A DNA stretch of 63,972 nt, filler included, from Octopus bimaculoides (GCF_001194135.2; 5 parts of 5 records of this genome joined end to end with filler, not necessarily neighbours in it); one strand, 5' to 3'; shown: positions 1-11,067, counted from the first letter of the whole stretch. The notes: generated from the sequence alone by a model not told the origin. Numbers and translations are program-made.

Positions 1-432
1 TATACATACATATATGTATATACATATATATATGGAGAGGCTACAACCAAATGCACATATATGCGTACGTACATACGTACATGCATTCCATATCAATGCA
101 GTAACAGAGATATTTGACATGAAAAAAAATAATGACAAAATGAATGTAACTGCAATACAAGCGCGCTGTACCTACACATAACTGATTCTTGATTACACAC
201 TCTGCTACAAGAAGCAGCGAAATACATACTAAGAGAAATGGAAAATATTTTCGTCCGTTTTTTTACTTATTCTTTTCTTTTTTTTTTTAAATTTCAAAAG
301 AAAAAAAAGCGCAGAAATGAAGTGTTTCTGTTATTTCTTTGCAATAAAATATTAGAACTTCTGACTTGCCTAACAGGAAAGTAACGTGGTAAACAATATC
401 GTTTTTATAGTTTTGAAGTCTAATGCAATCTA

Positions 433-822
433 TTATACACAAGTATACAAAATGAACAAATAGGTATACATACACAAATATGCACGCGCGCACACACATA
501 CACACGCACACATACACACACATACATACACCCATACCCACATAATATATACAAAAAAGAAATTACATAGAACGAACATGCACAAACTTACATACAAACT
601 TACGTACACAGAGGTGTATATGTATATATATATATGCATGTATATACACAAACATACACACACACAGAAATATATATATATATATAGATATATATATATA
701 TGTATATATGTATGTACATATGTATGTATGCATATGTGTATATATGTACATATATATATGTACGTATATATATAGGTATATATGTATGTATGCATATGTA
801 TATATATATATATATGTGTATN
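433..822. repeat. Compound (CA)n/(TA)n/(TATG)n microsatellite block running into an N gap
   Basis: Read directly from the sequence; explains the YI/HT/CV-type ORFs in the track. Confidence 0.95.
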
Positions 823-1084
823 NNNNNNNNNNNNNNNNNNNNNNNNNNNNNNNNNNNNNNNNNNNNNNNNNNNNNNNNNNNNNNNNNNNNNNNNNNNNNN
901 NNNNNNNNNNNNNNNNNNNNNNNNNNNNNNNNNNNNNNNNNNNNNNNNNNNNNNNNNNNNNNNNNNNNNNNNNNNNNNNNNNNNNNNNNNNNNNNNNNNN
1001 NNNNNNNNNNNNNNNNNNNNNNNAAATGTGTGTACTACGACAACGCTACCAAAATTCTTGTTAAAATATCTAATGTTCTATTTC

Positions 1085-1142
1085 AGCAGTAGCAGCAGTA
1101 GTAGTAGTTGTAGTTGTAGTAGTAGTAGTAGTAGTAGTAGTT

Positions 1143-1199
<57 letters not shown>
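1085..1199. repeat. (AGT)n trinucleotide microsatellite
   Basis: Read directly from the sequence. Confidence 0.95.
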
Positions 1200-1392
1200 A
1201 AGCTAACTTATTGAAATGTCTACATTTTGACTCGAATATTTTGGTTTTCTAACAAATCTTGTTTTAGATTCCTTTCTTTACATCCTTCTGGTCTTAACGT
1301 GATTTTACCTTTTGGTTGTTTAATGTCATCATTGCTTCTGTTGTTACTGGTATTGTTGGTGTTTATACTAATGTTGTTGAAGGAGATGGCAC

Positions 1393-1649
1393 GCTGTTAT
1401 TATTTTAAAGTTTATCTCTACAAGTTTTTCTATAGAATCCAGAGCCAGCGCGGAATATTTCGACTTATACGCATACGACATATTCGTAGACGACGTATTC
1501 GTTACGACGTATTCGTTACGACGTATTCGTTACGACGTATTCGTTACGACGTATTCGTTACGACGTATTCGTATACGAGACGTCGTAACTTTCAGTACCG
1601 GCTCCGAATTCCAAAGAAAATCTTAGAGAAATTTTAAAATGAGAACACC
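1393..1649. mobile_element. Foldback/MITE-like element with ~50-bp imperfect terminal inverted repeats around a 14-bp tandem array
   Basis: Left arm 1393-1448 (GCTGTTATTATTTTAAAG...TTTTTCTATAGAATCCAGAGCCAG) resembles the reverse complement of 1598-1649 (GGTGTTCTCATTTTAAAATTTCTCTAAGATTTTCTTTGGAATTCGGAGCCGG). A related arm copy lies at ~31050-31102. Confidence 0.6.
1490..1573. repeat. 14-bp minisatellite (ACGACGTATTCGTT)x6, CpG-rich
   Basis: Six consecutive units, plus a degenerate unit at 1475-1489. Confidence 0.95.
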
Positions 1650-1948
1650 ACATTGCTAACACAAAGGTAAGATGCAATATTGACTTCTGAGTTCAAATGG
1701 ATGATTCACAGCTAAGAACTCTTAAAAGATGTAATGGTCACGGCCGGAATGCTTTTGATCATCGGTCTACTCGATAAGGTTTAGAATGAGGCTAAGGTGT
1801 TATAACTATGAAAGCTGCAACAGCAACAATTACAGAAGCAGCAAAAGCAACAACTGCAATAACAAGAACATAACAACAACCACCTCGACGACGACGACGA
1901 CGACAGAAGCAGCAGCAGTGACAACAACCAGAACAACANNNNNNNNNN

Positions 1949-2018
1949 CTGGGAATCGAAACCGCGATCCTATGACCGCGAGTCCGTTGCCCTAACCAGT
2001 GGGTCATTGCGCCTCCAC
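1949..2018 (-). mobile_element. tRNA-derived SINE head (fragment, cut by a 10-N gap)
   Basis: Minus strand GTGGAGGCGCAATGACCCACTGGTTAGGGC...GGTTTCGATTCCC carries A-box- and B-box-like motifs. Confidence 0.75.
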
Positions 2019-2427
2019 ACTACTACTACTACAGCAACAACAACGTAAGACAGAAGATATTTATCACTGCATGATGATAAAATCATAGGAGATTTACAAA
2101 TGAAAATCGTGGAACGAAAGGAAAGATGGCGTTCAGTTCAGATTCATTGATAAGAAGTTAAAATTTTTAAATGCTCGAGTCAAAACTTAATGTCTCAGCA
2201 CGACTAATTAATTGATCAAGAAGAGACCGTTCGTAATTAGTTGGTTTCCTGTAGCGATATCAATGGTTACTTTCAAAGAGTAATTGCCGCTACTGCTGTA
2301 GCACGATATTACAGAAAAGAACGAAATACATTTGACTGCAGATATAGTAATAATCAAAGCTAGATGGTTGAATGTTGTTGAGTAACTTCAGCAGGAAGCA
2401 CATGTGGACATTATTTATTATATTAGC

Positions 2428-2432
2428 TAATC

Positions 2433-2463
<31 letters not shown>

Positions 2464-2476
2464 GTATTAGCTAATC

Positions 2477-2542
<66 letters not shown>

Positions 2543-2545
2543 CAA
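2428..2545. repeat. (ATT)n microsatellite with an internal duplication of TATTAGCTAATCT
   Basis: Read directly from the sequence. Confidence 0.9.
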
Positions 2546-3429
2546 AAACAGCAGCAGCAGCTTCACCACCACCACCACCACCACCACCACTGCCATCATC
2601 AACNNNNNNNNNNNNNNNNNNNNNNNNNNNNNNNNNNNNNNNNNNNNNNNNNNNNNNNNNNNNNNNNNNNNNNNNNNNNNNNNNNNNNNNNNNNNNNNNN
2701 NNNNNNNNNNNNNNNNNNNNNNNNNNNNNNNNNNNNNNNNNNNNNNNNNNNNNNNNNNNNNNNNNNNNNNNNNNNNNNNNNNNNNNNNNNNNNNNNNNNN
2801 NNNNNNNNNNNNNNNNNNNNNNNNNNNNNNNNNNNNNNNNNNNNNNNNNNNNNNNNNNNNNNNNNNNNNNNNNNNNNNNNNNNNNNNNNNNNNNNNNNNN
2901 NNNNNNNNNNNNNNNNNNNNNNNNNNNNNNNNNNNNNNNNNNNNNNNNNNNNNNNNNNNNNNNNNNNNNNNNNNNNNNNNNNNNNNNNNNNNNNNNNNNN
3001 NNNNNNNNNNNNNNNNNNNNNNNNNNNNNNNNNNNNNNNNNNNNNNNNNNNNNNNNNNNNNNNNNNNNNNNNNNNNNNNNNNNNNNNNNNNNNNNNNNNN
3101 NNNNNNNNNNNNNNNNNNNNNNNNNNNNNNNNNNNNNNNNNNNNNNNNNNNNNNNNNNNNNNNNNNNNNNNNNNNNNNNNNNNNNNNNNNNNNNNNNNNN
3201 NNNNNNNNNNNNNNNNNNNNNNNNNNNNNNNNNNNNNNNNNNNNNNNNNNNNNNNNNNNNNNNNNNNNNNNNNNNNNNNNNNNNNNNNNNNNNNNNNNNN
3301 NNNNNNNNNNNNNNNNNNNNNNNNNNNNNNNNNNNNNNNNNNNNNNNNNNNNNNNNNNNNNNNNNNNNNNNNNNNNNNNNNNNNNNNNNNNNNNNNNNNN
3401 NNNNNNNNNNTATATAATATACTATTATA

Positions 3430-3815
3430 TTTATTCTTTTACTTGTTTCAGTCATTTGATTGCGGCCATGCTGGAGCACCGCCTTTAGTCGAGCAAATCG
3501 ACCCCAGGACTTATTCTTTGTACGCCTAGTACTTATTCTATCGGTCTATTTTGCCGAACCGCTAAGTTACGGGGACATATACACACCACCATCAGTTGTC
3601 AAATGATGTTGGGGGGACAAACACAGACACACAAACATATACACACACATACATATATATATATACGACGGGCTTCTTTCAGTTTCCGTCAACCAAATCC
3701 ACTCACAAGGCTTTACTCGGCCTGGGGCTATAGTAGAAGACACTTGCCCAAGGTGACACGCAGTGGGAATGAACCCGGAACCATGTGGTTGGTAAGCAAG
3801 CTCTTTACCAGACAG
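3430..3815 (-). mobile_element. SINE family B, near full length (tRNA-like head, internal microsatellite, conserved tail)
   Basis: Head CCACATGGTTCCGGGTTCA..., body GGGCAAGTGTCTTCTACTATAGCC and tail GCGGTTCGGCAAAA...GGTGCTCCAGCATGGCCGCA recur in at least 8 copies in the window. tRNA-derived octopus SINEs (OK/OR1/OR2) are described; I cannot assign the exact family. Confidence 0.85.
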
Positions 3816-3817
3816 CT

Positions 3818-4080
3818 GATACGATCAACAGAACAGCTTGTTCGTGAAATTAACGAACAAGTGGCTGAGCACTCCACAGACACGTGTACCCTTAACGTAG
3901 TTTTCAGGGATATTCAGCGAGAGGCAAAGTGTGACAAGTCCGGCCCTTTGAGATACAGGTACTACTCATTTTTGCCAGCTGAGTGGACTGGAGCAACGTG
4001 AAAAAAGTGTCTGGCTCAAGGACATAACGCTTCACCGGGAATTGAACTTGCGATCGTGAGCCGAATACCCTAACCACTAA
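3818..4080 (-). mobile_element. SINE family C (tRNA head plus CORE-like central segment)
   Basis: Minus strand TAGTGGTTAGGG...AAGTTCAATTCCC head, then GTCCTTGAGCCAGACACTTT...CAGCTGGCAAAAATGAG, which resembles a CORE-type domain. Homologues at 20060, 50040 and 55415. Confidence 0.8.
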
Positions 4081-4122
4081 TGCACCTTTACATATGTATT
4101 TATAATATATATGTATATATAT

Positions 4123-4260
4123 GTGGCAATGTGATAAGTAGCTTGCTTACCAACCACATGGTTCCGGGTTCAGTCCCACTGCGTATCTTCTACAATAGCC
4201 TCGGCCGACCAAAGCCTTGTGAGTGGATTTGGTAGACGGAAACTGAAAGAAGCTCGTCGT
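4123..4260 (+). mobile_element. SINE family B head, truncated by N gap
   Basis: Matches the reverse complement of 3665-3815, apart from a short internal deletion. Confidence 0.85.
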
Positions 4261-5058
4261 NNNNNNNNNNNNNNNNNNNNNNNNNNNNNNNNNNNNNNNN
4301 NNNNNNNNNNNNNNNNNNNNNNNNNNNNNNNNNNNNNNNNNNNNNNNNNNNNNNNNNNNNNNNNNNNNNNNNNNNNNNNNNNNNNNNNNNNNNNNNNNNN
4401 NNNNNNNNNNNNNNNNNNNNNNNNNNNNNNNNNNNNNNNNNNNNNNNNNNNNNNNNNNNNNNNNNNNNNNNNNNNNNNNNNNNNNNNNNNNNNNNNNNNN
4501 NNNNNNNNNNNNNNNNNNNNNNNNNNNNNNNNNNNNNNNNNNNNNNNNNNNNNNNNNNNNNNNNNNNNNNNNNNNNNNNNNNNNNNNNNNNNNNNNNNNN
4601 NNNNNNNNNNNNNNNNNNNNNNNNNNNNNNNNNNNNNNNNNNNNNNNNNNNNNNNNNNNNNNNNNNNNNNNNNNNNNNNNNNNNNNNNNNNNNNNNNNNN
4701 NNNNNNNNNNNNNNNNNNNNNNNNNNNNNNNNNNNNNNNNNNNNNNNNNNNNNNNNNNNNNNNNNNNNNNNNNNNNNNNNNNNNNNNNNNNNNNNNNNNN
4801 NNNNNNNNNNNNNNNNNNNNNNNNNNNNNNNNNNNNNNNNNNNNNNNNNNNNNNNNNNNNNNNNNNNNNNNNNNNNNNNNNNNNNNNNNNNNNNNNNNNN
4901 NNNNNNNNNNNNNNNNNNNNNNNNNNNNNNNNNNNNNNNNNNNNNNNNNNNNNNNNNNNNNNNNNNNNNNNNNNNNNNNNNNNNNNNNNNNNNNNNNNNN
5001 NNNNNTCTATGAACTTATATATATATATATATATGCATACATAATATATATATTTGTA

Positions 5059-5098
<40 letters not shown>

Positions 5099-5959
5099 GC
5101 ATGTACATACTTACATACATATTAGATAATGCATACATACATACATACATACATACATACATACACTCAACCTCTAGGTTATTAAGCTTTAATTTCCTCT
5201 TTAAAAAAGAATCAACAAATATTCTTAAAAACTGAAATTTGTTTTCTCGGCCTTAAACAACAATATATTGTCACGTGTTCAGGCTGAAGTCGCTCAGAAG
5301 GTGAAAATGGAAGCTAAATAGAAGGGAAAAGCACTGAATTATATATAATGCAATACCTTAAAAGAAAAGTAAAAATAAAGTCAGGAATTTAAAGATTGGT
5401 GTGTAAAGTGTAAAGAAACCAACATTGTGGTTAACAACAATGAAAAAGCAAAAATTCTTTAAAATACATTTTGTAAGACGAAATTTTCAAATAAATAACA
5501 AGAACGCACGTTAAATAAAAATGATAGAAAAATAGCAACTTGAAATTTCTTCGTTAAAAATGTACATATTGCTTCGAAAGTTGTCGTCATAATAGAATTA
5601 CTGTTTTCTCGTCGTTCGATGGAGAGTGACGTCATAATTATATTTCCATATCTTTCCATAAAAATAACAGCTTTCCGGGGTTGTTGTCCGTATTTCAGTG
5701 TTGCAATCAGCAACATTTTTTACATTTCATTTTTAGTGTTTGGTGGCCACCCAAATGAAAATGGTTCCACAATTTACTCTCACCTTATGACACGACGTAA
5801 GCTTATTACAAGCAACCGAAAGAAAAACACAATCTAATTCCTTCAAAATCATGTTACTATGGAGAGCGACATTCTCCGACGTTATTGAGTTAGCTACCTT
5901 GTTCACGGATTAATGAATGACACGTCCGCCAAGGATCGTGATCTATCGCTAGGGGGATT

Positions 5960-6300
5960 CTTTCGTGATATTGCTTTCGTTTTCGTCAATTAAGAAAGAG
6001 TTTCCGTTTATATTGTGTTCAATAATTAGCTTAGAGACTAGAAAATCTTCATCAGAAAGAAACCAGTCTTGTAGTCCGAATTATATCGTCCGGTCTGAAA
6101 CCAGTGGAGAGTTGTGCCAAGAGCTATCTCACGCTTTCTTATGCTAAGTAAGAACGATAAAGCATAACTTCGGACAGAAAAATGGAAGAACCTCTAAGAG
6201 GTGGCTGGAATGGAGACCATTAAATGTTGCATCTTTCAAGGAGCTGTTTTTCGACCCACTAAAATGTCATTTAGTTTTCTAAATTGAAGATGTTAAAGAG
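5960..6300 (+). mobile_element. Possible very old Tc1/mariner transposase remnant
   Basis: A broken translation SSGLKPVESC...ITSDRKMEEPLRGGWN is faintly like SPDLNPIEN-W...W. A 32-bp motif (TTTCCGYTTATATTGTGTTCAATA...AGCTT) is shared with 10310-10340. Weak; needs a profile search. Confidence 0.25.
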
Positions 6301-6776
6301 CTTTAAGCAGCGAATTTACTGCACCTATTGACTTCTAAGTCACGTCAACACTTACCTTAGGACATAATAGTTGTATGGAAACAGAAAATGTAAGAAAGGA
6401 GTGAAGAAAGAGCATGGGAGGACAAATGAAACAGGCATAGGGAGCAATAAAGAAGAAAGAGAGAAAAAGGAATGAAAAAGCAGAGAGAGATGGTGAAAGA
6501 AAGAGAACGAAAGAAAGCAGAAGCAGTGAATGAAAGGATGAATAAAGAAAGGATGAATAAAGAAAGGAGAAAAATGAGGAATAGATTATGTTTGAAGAGA
6601 TGCTGTGTTAGAAATAAACGAGAGACGGTCAATGATATACAGCAATGGGACATAAAAAATAAACCTGATTAACAAAAATGAAAACCACCACCACCATCAC
6701 CACTACCACCACCACCACCACCACCACTACAACCGCCACAACCACCACCACTACAACCGCCACAACCACCACCACT

Positions 6777-6957
6777 TTAGGCACAAGGTTTAAAATTTTG
6801 GGACAGTGGGATTGTCGATAACATCGACTCCAGTGCATCGCTGGTACTTATTTTATCAACTCAGGAAGGATGACGAAAAGTTGACCTTAGTGGAGTTTGA
6901 ACTCAGAACGTAAAAAGCGGGAAGAAATACCGCTAAGAATTTTTGTCCACGCTAACG
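6777..6957 (-). mobile_element. SINE family A
   Basis: Reverse-complement match to the well-preserved copy at 17629-17842. Confidence 0.8.
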
Positions 6958-6965
6958 GCCGAGTG

Positions 6966-7012
<47 letters not shown>

Positions 7013-7014
<2 letters not shown>

Positions 7015-7600
7015 TAGGCCAGAATTCTTTTAGGGCAGGAGGCCAGTTGTGATAGACGTTGTCTGGAAAATACCAAACATCTCTGACATATAACCATAAA
7101 ACACATGGGGCAGACCATCAAAACCGGGTGATTTGTTCCTTGTTTAGCCACTCAATATTTCTTGCGTGGCAGTTGCTGTTATTGACCTTTCGCAGACCCT
7201 TGCTCTTGTTCCGAGAGTTACGGAAGACCTTTAGGATAGGCATTAAAGCCCATAAATCTCTGACCTGTCGCTTCCTCTTAAGAGTTGAACAAAGTGCTGC
7301 TGGAAGGCCGCATACGTTTGCTTAGAACCGCGCAGTATGCCCATTCTGATCTGTTAAAGACTGAATTGTGGCTTTGTTTCCACATTTCACCCGCCACCAC
7401 CCGAGCCTATCGAACGACTTTCGTTCCTTCTTGTTTTGGTGCACAAGCCCTACCCTCTGACAACGCAGTTTTCGTGTTTCGCATTCAAGAAATGGTCGTG
7501 GGCCATCTTGCCGCTAGCACGTTTGTCGCGATGCCACTTCTTATTGCCTTTTCTAATCTATTAACTAGTTCCTCTTCTCATCTGTTTTTCTCTGTCACTT
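7013..7600 (-). mobile_element. Tx1/L1-clade LINE ORF2 fragment (linker to RT domain 0), degenerate
   Basis: Minus-strand translation includes NAKHENCVVR, AAFQQHFVQL and CERSITATATQEILSG*TRNKSPGFDGLPHVFY; the KSPGxDGLPxxFY motif and its upstream context are typical of L1/Tx1 ORF2. Several stops. Abuts (TAA)n at 6967-7012. Confidence 0.7.
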
Positions 7601-7726
7601 AGCATATTTAATTACTCTCGTCAGGGTTTTCTATCACCTGTTATTGATTATTGCCCCTATCAAAGGCAGCTTAACTATACCGCTAATCCGGTCTCTGTAG
7701 TCTTTTCGCGTCGGAAAAATGCACTG

Positions 7727-7792
<66 letters not shown>

Positions 7793-7793
<1 letters not shown>

Positions 7794-8376
7794 CCCAGTA
7801 CTTGAAAATGATCACATTGCACTCCTCTGGAACTTCACCATTCAAACTGACAGAAAGATAGACGCAAATATGCCAGACATCATACTGAAAGACTTCAGAC
7901 AAAAATCATGCCTCCTCATTGATATGACTGTCCCAATCGATATAAACGTATCTATCAAGACCTACCAAAAACTGAGCAAATATAAAGATCTTGAAATAGA
8001 AATTAGCAAAATGTGGAATCTGAAGACGAAAACAATACCTATTGTCATAGGTGCCCTGGGAATGACAGCGAAACGGGCTGATTACTACCTAGCTCAGATA
8101 CCAGGAAACCCCAAAATGGCTGAAGTTCAAAAGATAGTGCTCATGGGAACTGCCCATATCCTACGTAAAATACTGTCTATGTGATCTCAAATTTTAAAGC
8201 AAACACATAATTTTCTTATGGTTTCTTAAACATTCACTTGAACAAAACTGTACAAATCCAAATATATGGTACCCTAGGCAAAAAACCTACATGAACTCCT
8301 AACTTGTTGTCTCTTGAGGCCTCTGGGTGAGACTTGGATCCAACTTGTACAAATTCAAAACAAAAGTCAAACATAA

Positions 8377-8377
<1 letters not shown>
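7793..8377 (+). mobile_element. 5'-truncated R4/Dong-type LINE: restriction-like endonuclease (REL) domain plus 3' UTR, embedded in (TAA)n
   Basis: VLENDHIALLWNFTIQTDRKIDANMPDII...LLIDMTVPID...KYKDLEIEISKMW...IPIVIGALG fits the REL PD-(D/E)xK pattern of R2-group LINEs. ORF ends at 8184. Flanked by (TAA)n at 7728-7792 and 8377-8436. Confidence 0.9.
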
Positions 8378-8434
<57 letters not shown>

Positions 8435-8437
<3 letters not shown>

Positions 8438-8620
8438 TCTAGTACAGAGGACTGGATGCTGCGGTTTGTGTGTAAACACGAAAGCAGCAAAAAATCACAT
8501 TCTATTGTCAAGGAAGCTTACAAATTCGCAAGGGAACTCGGCATCAACGCTGAATTAGATGAAGAACCTGAAACCACTGAAACCAAACAACAACAGTCTC
8601 AGCAGCAACAACTAAATAGG
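8435..8620 (+). mobile_element. Second R4/Dong-type LINE fragment (post-RT linker region)
   Basis: SSTEDWMLRFVCKHESSKKSHSIVKEAYKFAREL matches the region downstream of the RT thumb in Dong-like ORFs; begins directly after (TAA)n. Confidence 0.65.
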
Positions 8621-9244
8621 TATGGAAAGAATTTAGATGAACGAGGTAGAATTAATGAAAATATTTATGAGAAGAAAGAAAGGAGAGAGAAAAGAAAAAG
8701 ATGAATGTATTAAGATAGAGACGAGGACGAAAGAAACAAGTTATACAGTTTCCATTTTTCGCCTCAGTCTTGTAGGTGTATGTGCGTGCGTGTGGGTGGG
8801 TGTGCGTGCGTGTGCGTGTGTGCATGTGTGTAAGCGCGTGTGTGTATGTGTGAGTGTACTTCATGAATATTTTATTAAATGAGGTAAAGATAAAATAAAA
8901 CATGTTTCATTAATTGTACAGTTTCAGTGAAGAGAGCAGCCTTTACCTTTAACGGTAGTCATGAAAGATAAGGGAAACGCCAGAAATCTAAATGTATTAA
9001 AAACTTGAATAACAGTGTACAGTGCGAAGTGAGTCCGCTATTTACCATGGACAGAGACGAATCCGATCATGTTTCAGTATTGCTGGACCTCCTCAGCGAA
9101 GAGTAAGCTTACTAATAGTACCTACCTGATTCTACAAGCAAGATGTAGGTATGTATATACATATGTATGTATACATGCATATGCTCATATATCATTTGTA
9201 TTATTATATTATCGAACGCTACGCGTCCATTTGCAAGTAAGTTT

Positions 9245-9293
<49 letters not shown>

Positions 9294-10863
9294 GTGGGAG
9301 GTTACAATATTCTCATAATGTGCATTTGAAAGTTTCTATACTGTCGTCGGCTATTATATGTCATCTCACAACAAGATTTCTTTTCAAGGCTGGATAAATA
9401 TGAGAAACTCCGCTATGTCTTTTTAGTCTTTTGCTCGTTAATTTATTTAAACCATCACATCTATAATAAAGTTACGGTAACACCTTCAGAGCCTAATGCT
9501 TTATGCCTTTTATGATGTCTTCCTTCGCGTGTCCAGTGTTTTTATAAGGTTTCTTTTTATTGGCTGTTAACTGGTGACTGAGCGAACTGGAGAAGGCATA
9601 TTTTTTTTGTTGTAGCATTTAACAGTTGACTAACTTCGATCTCGAATATCAGAAAGAAATGTTCCTTGGTATATTTAACTTTTTATCTATAATGGAGTAT
9701 CACCCGTGACTTTTACACTATAGAATGAATGTAACAATATTCGATCTGTACTGCAGAAGTCACCAATGAGACCCATACTATATAAATCAATCTGGTAGTT
9801 TATATAGTGAACTAGAAAATATTACATGCTTAAAAAATTAAAACATAATTTATGACAAAATCAAACCGCTGGTACAAAAGAAAATATATCACAAATGGAC
9901 TTAGTAGGCAAAATGTTAAAAGTTTTAGGGAATACATTCGTAGACATTTTGAGACGCAGTTGTATAATTGTGGTCCTTTGAATATTAATTAAAATGATGA
10001 GTTGTTGATTCTTAATACTGTAGTTTAAGGAAGGGAGAAAACATAAGAAATAAGAAATAACGAAGCATAGGAACAGGGATAGGTCCTATTCCCCTGGTTC
10101 ATTATTTCTTGCATGATAAAGTTTCGGACAAGAATGTCGTGAATTTTCCACACAGTGATGATTGCATATCGGTTCCGTTGGCATTCAAGAGGGTCGTAAT
10201 ACGCGGATCTGTTCGCAATGGTTGAAGTCTGTAACATTACTTCTTTGATGAATAATTTTTTGCAATCTCTCTAACTGCTAGGTAAACACTGAGCTGCTAA
10301 GAGACCAAATTTCCGCTTATATTGTGTTCAATAGTGAGCTTAACATACATACGTACATACATACATACATACATAAATATATATACATACATACCTATAT
10401 ACATACATACATACATACATACATGCATACATACATACATATGCAGACACAGAAATTACGTAAATTACGTCATAATTTATTATGACCTAACAATAAAATT
10501 TTAAAAAGCTTTTCTCCCTTCAATTCTGTTTTCAGGAAAAATACATTTTTAATCAAATGCACACACACATATGTACATACACACAAACACATGCACACAC
10601 ACATAGAGATACTTTCACCGATACATGCAAACGTATTCAGATACGCACATATACTCACATATCTACAAACATATACATATACACGAACCCATATATCGAA
10701 GGCTGAAATATAATCAAATATAATAAGTTGATATACCACATAACAGAAAAGTTTAATATTTTTAGAATATATTTATTTCCCATCCCACACTGGGAGAAAT
10801 GGTACATATATATATATTTATGTCTTATTATACAAAGCAAAAATGTTAGTTCTAAAATCTCTC

Positions 10864-10940
10864 TAGCAGACGAGGTGTTCAGTACTGAGGGGTGGCAGAG
10901 ATAGCCCGAAACCAGGACTGGTCTACTGGTCTCGTCGCTA
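10864..10940 (+). ncRNA. Type I hammerhead ribozyme fold with core variant A9G
   Basis: Stem I CAGTA(10880-84)/TACTG(10924-28), extended past an internal loop by GACGAG/CTCGTC and TAGC/GCTA. Core CTGAGGG (10885-91; canonical CUGANGA). Stem II G-t-GGC/GCCC with loop AGAGATA. GAAA at 10908-11. Stem III ACCA/TGGT with loop GGAC. GTC triplet, predicted cleavage after 10923. Confidence 0.7.
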
Positions 10941-11067
10941 TGGGATGGTAGGGGTTCGCTCCCCGGCTCGCAGTTTTATCGGATGCAGCTGTGCATCGTT
11001 AACCAGCTAGAGGAAATGTCCTCTTGGGGTTAAAAAAAACCGCAGTAGAGTCCGCTGGAGAAATAAT

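Noticed and set aside
1490-1573. CRISPR-like array
   Set aside because: Units are directly adjacent with no spacers, and the context is eukaryotic; it is a minisatellite.
1949-2018. Genuine tRNA genes at SINE heads
   Set aside because: The A/B-box heads continue into SINE bodies, occur in diverged copies and lack a complete cloverleaf.
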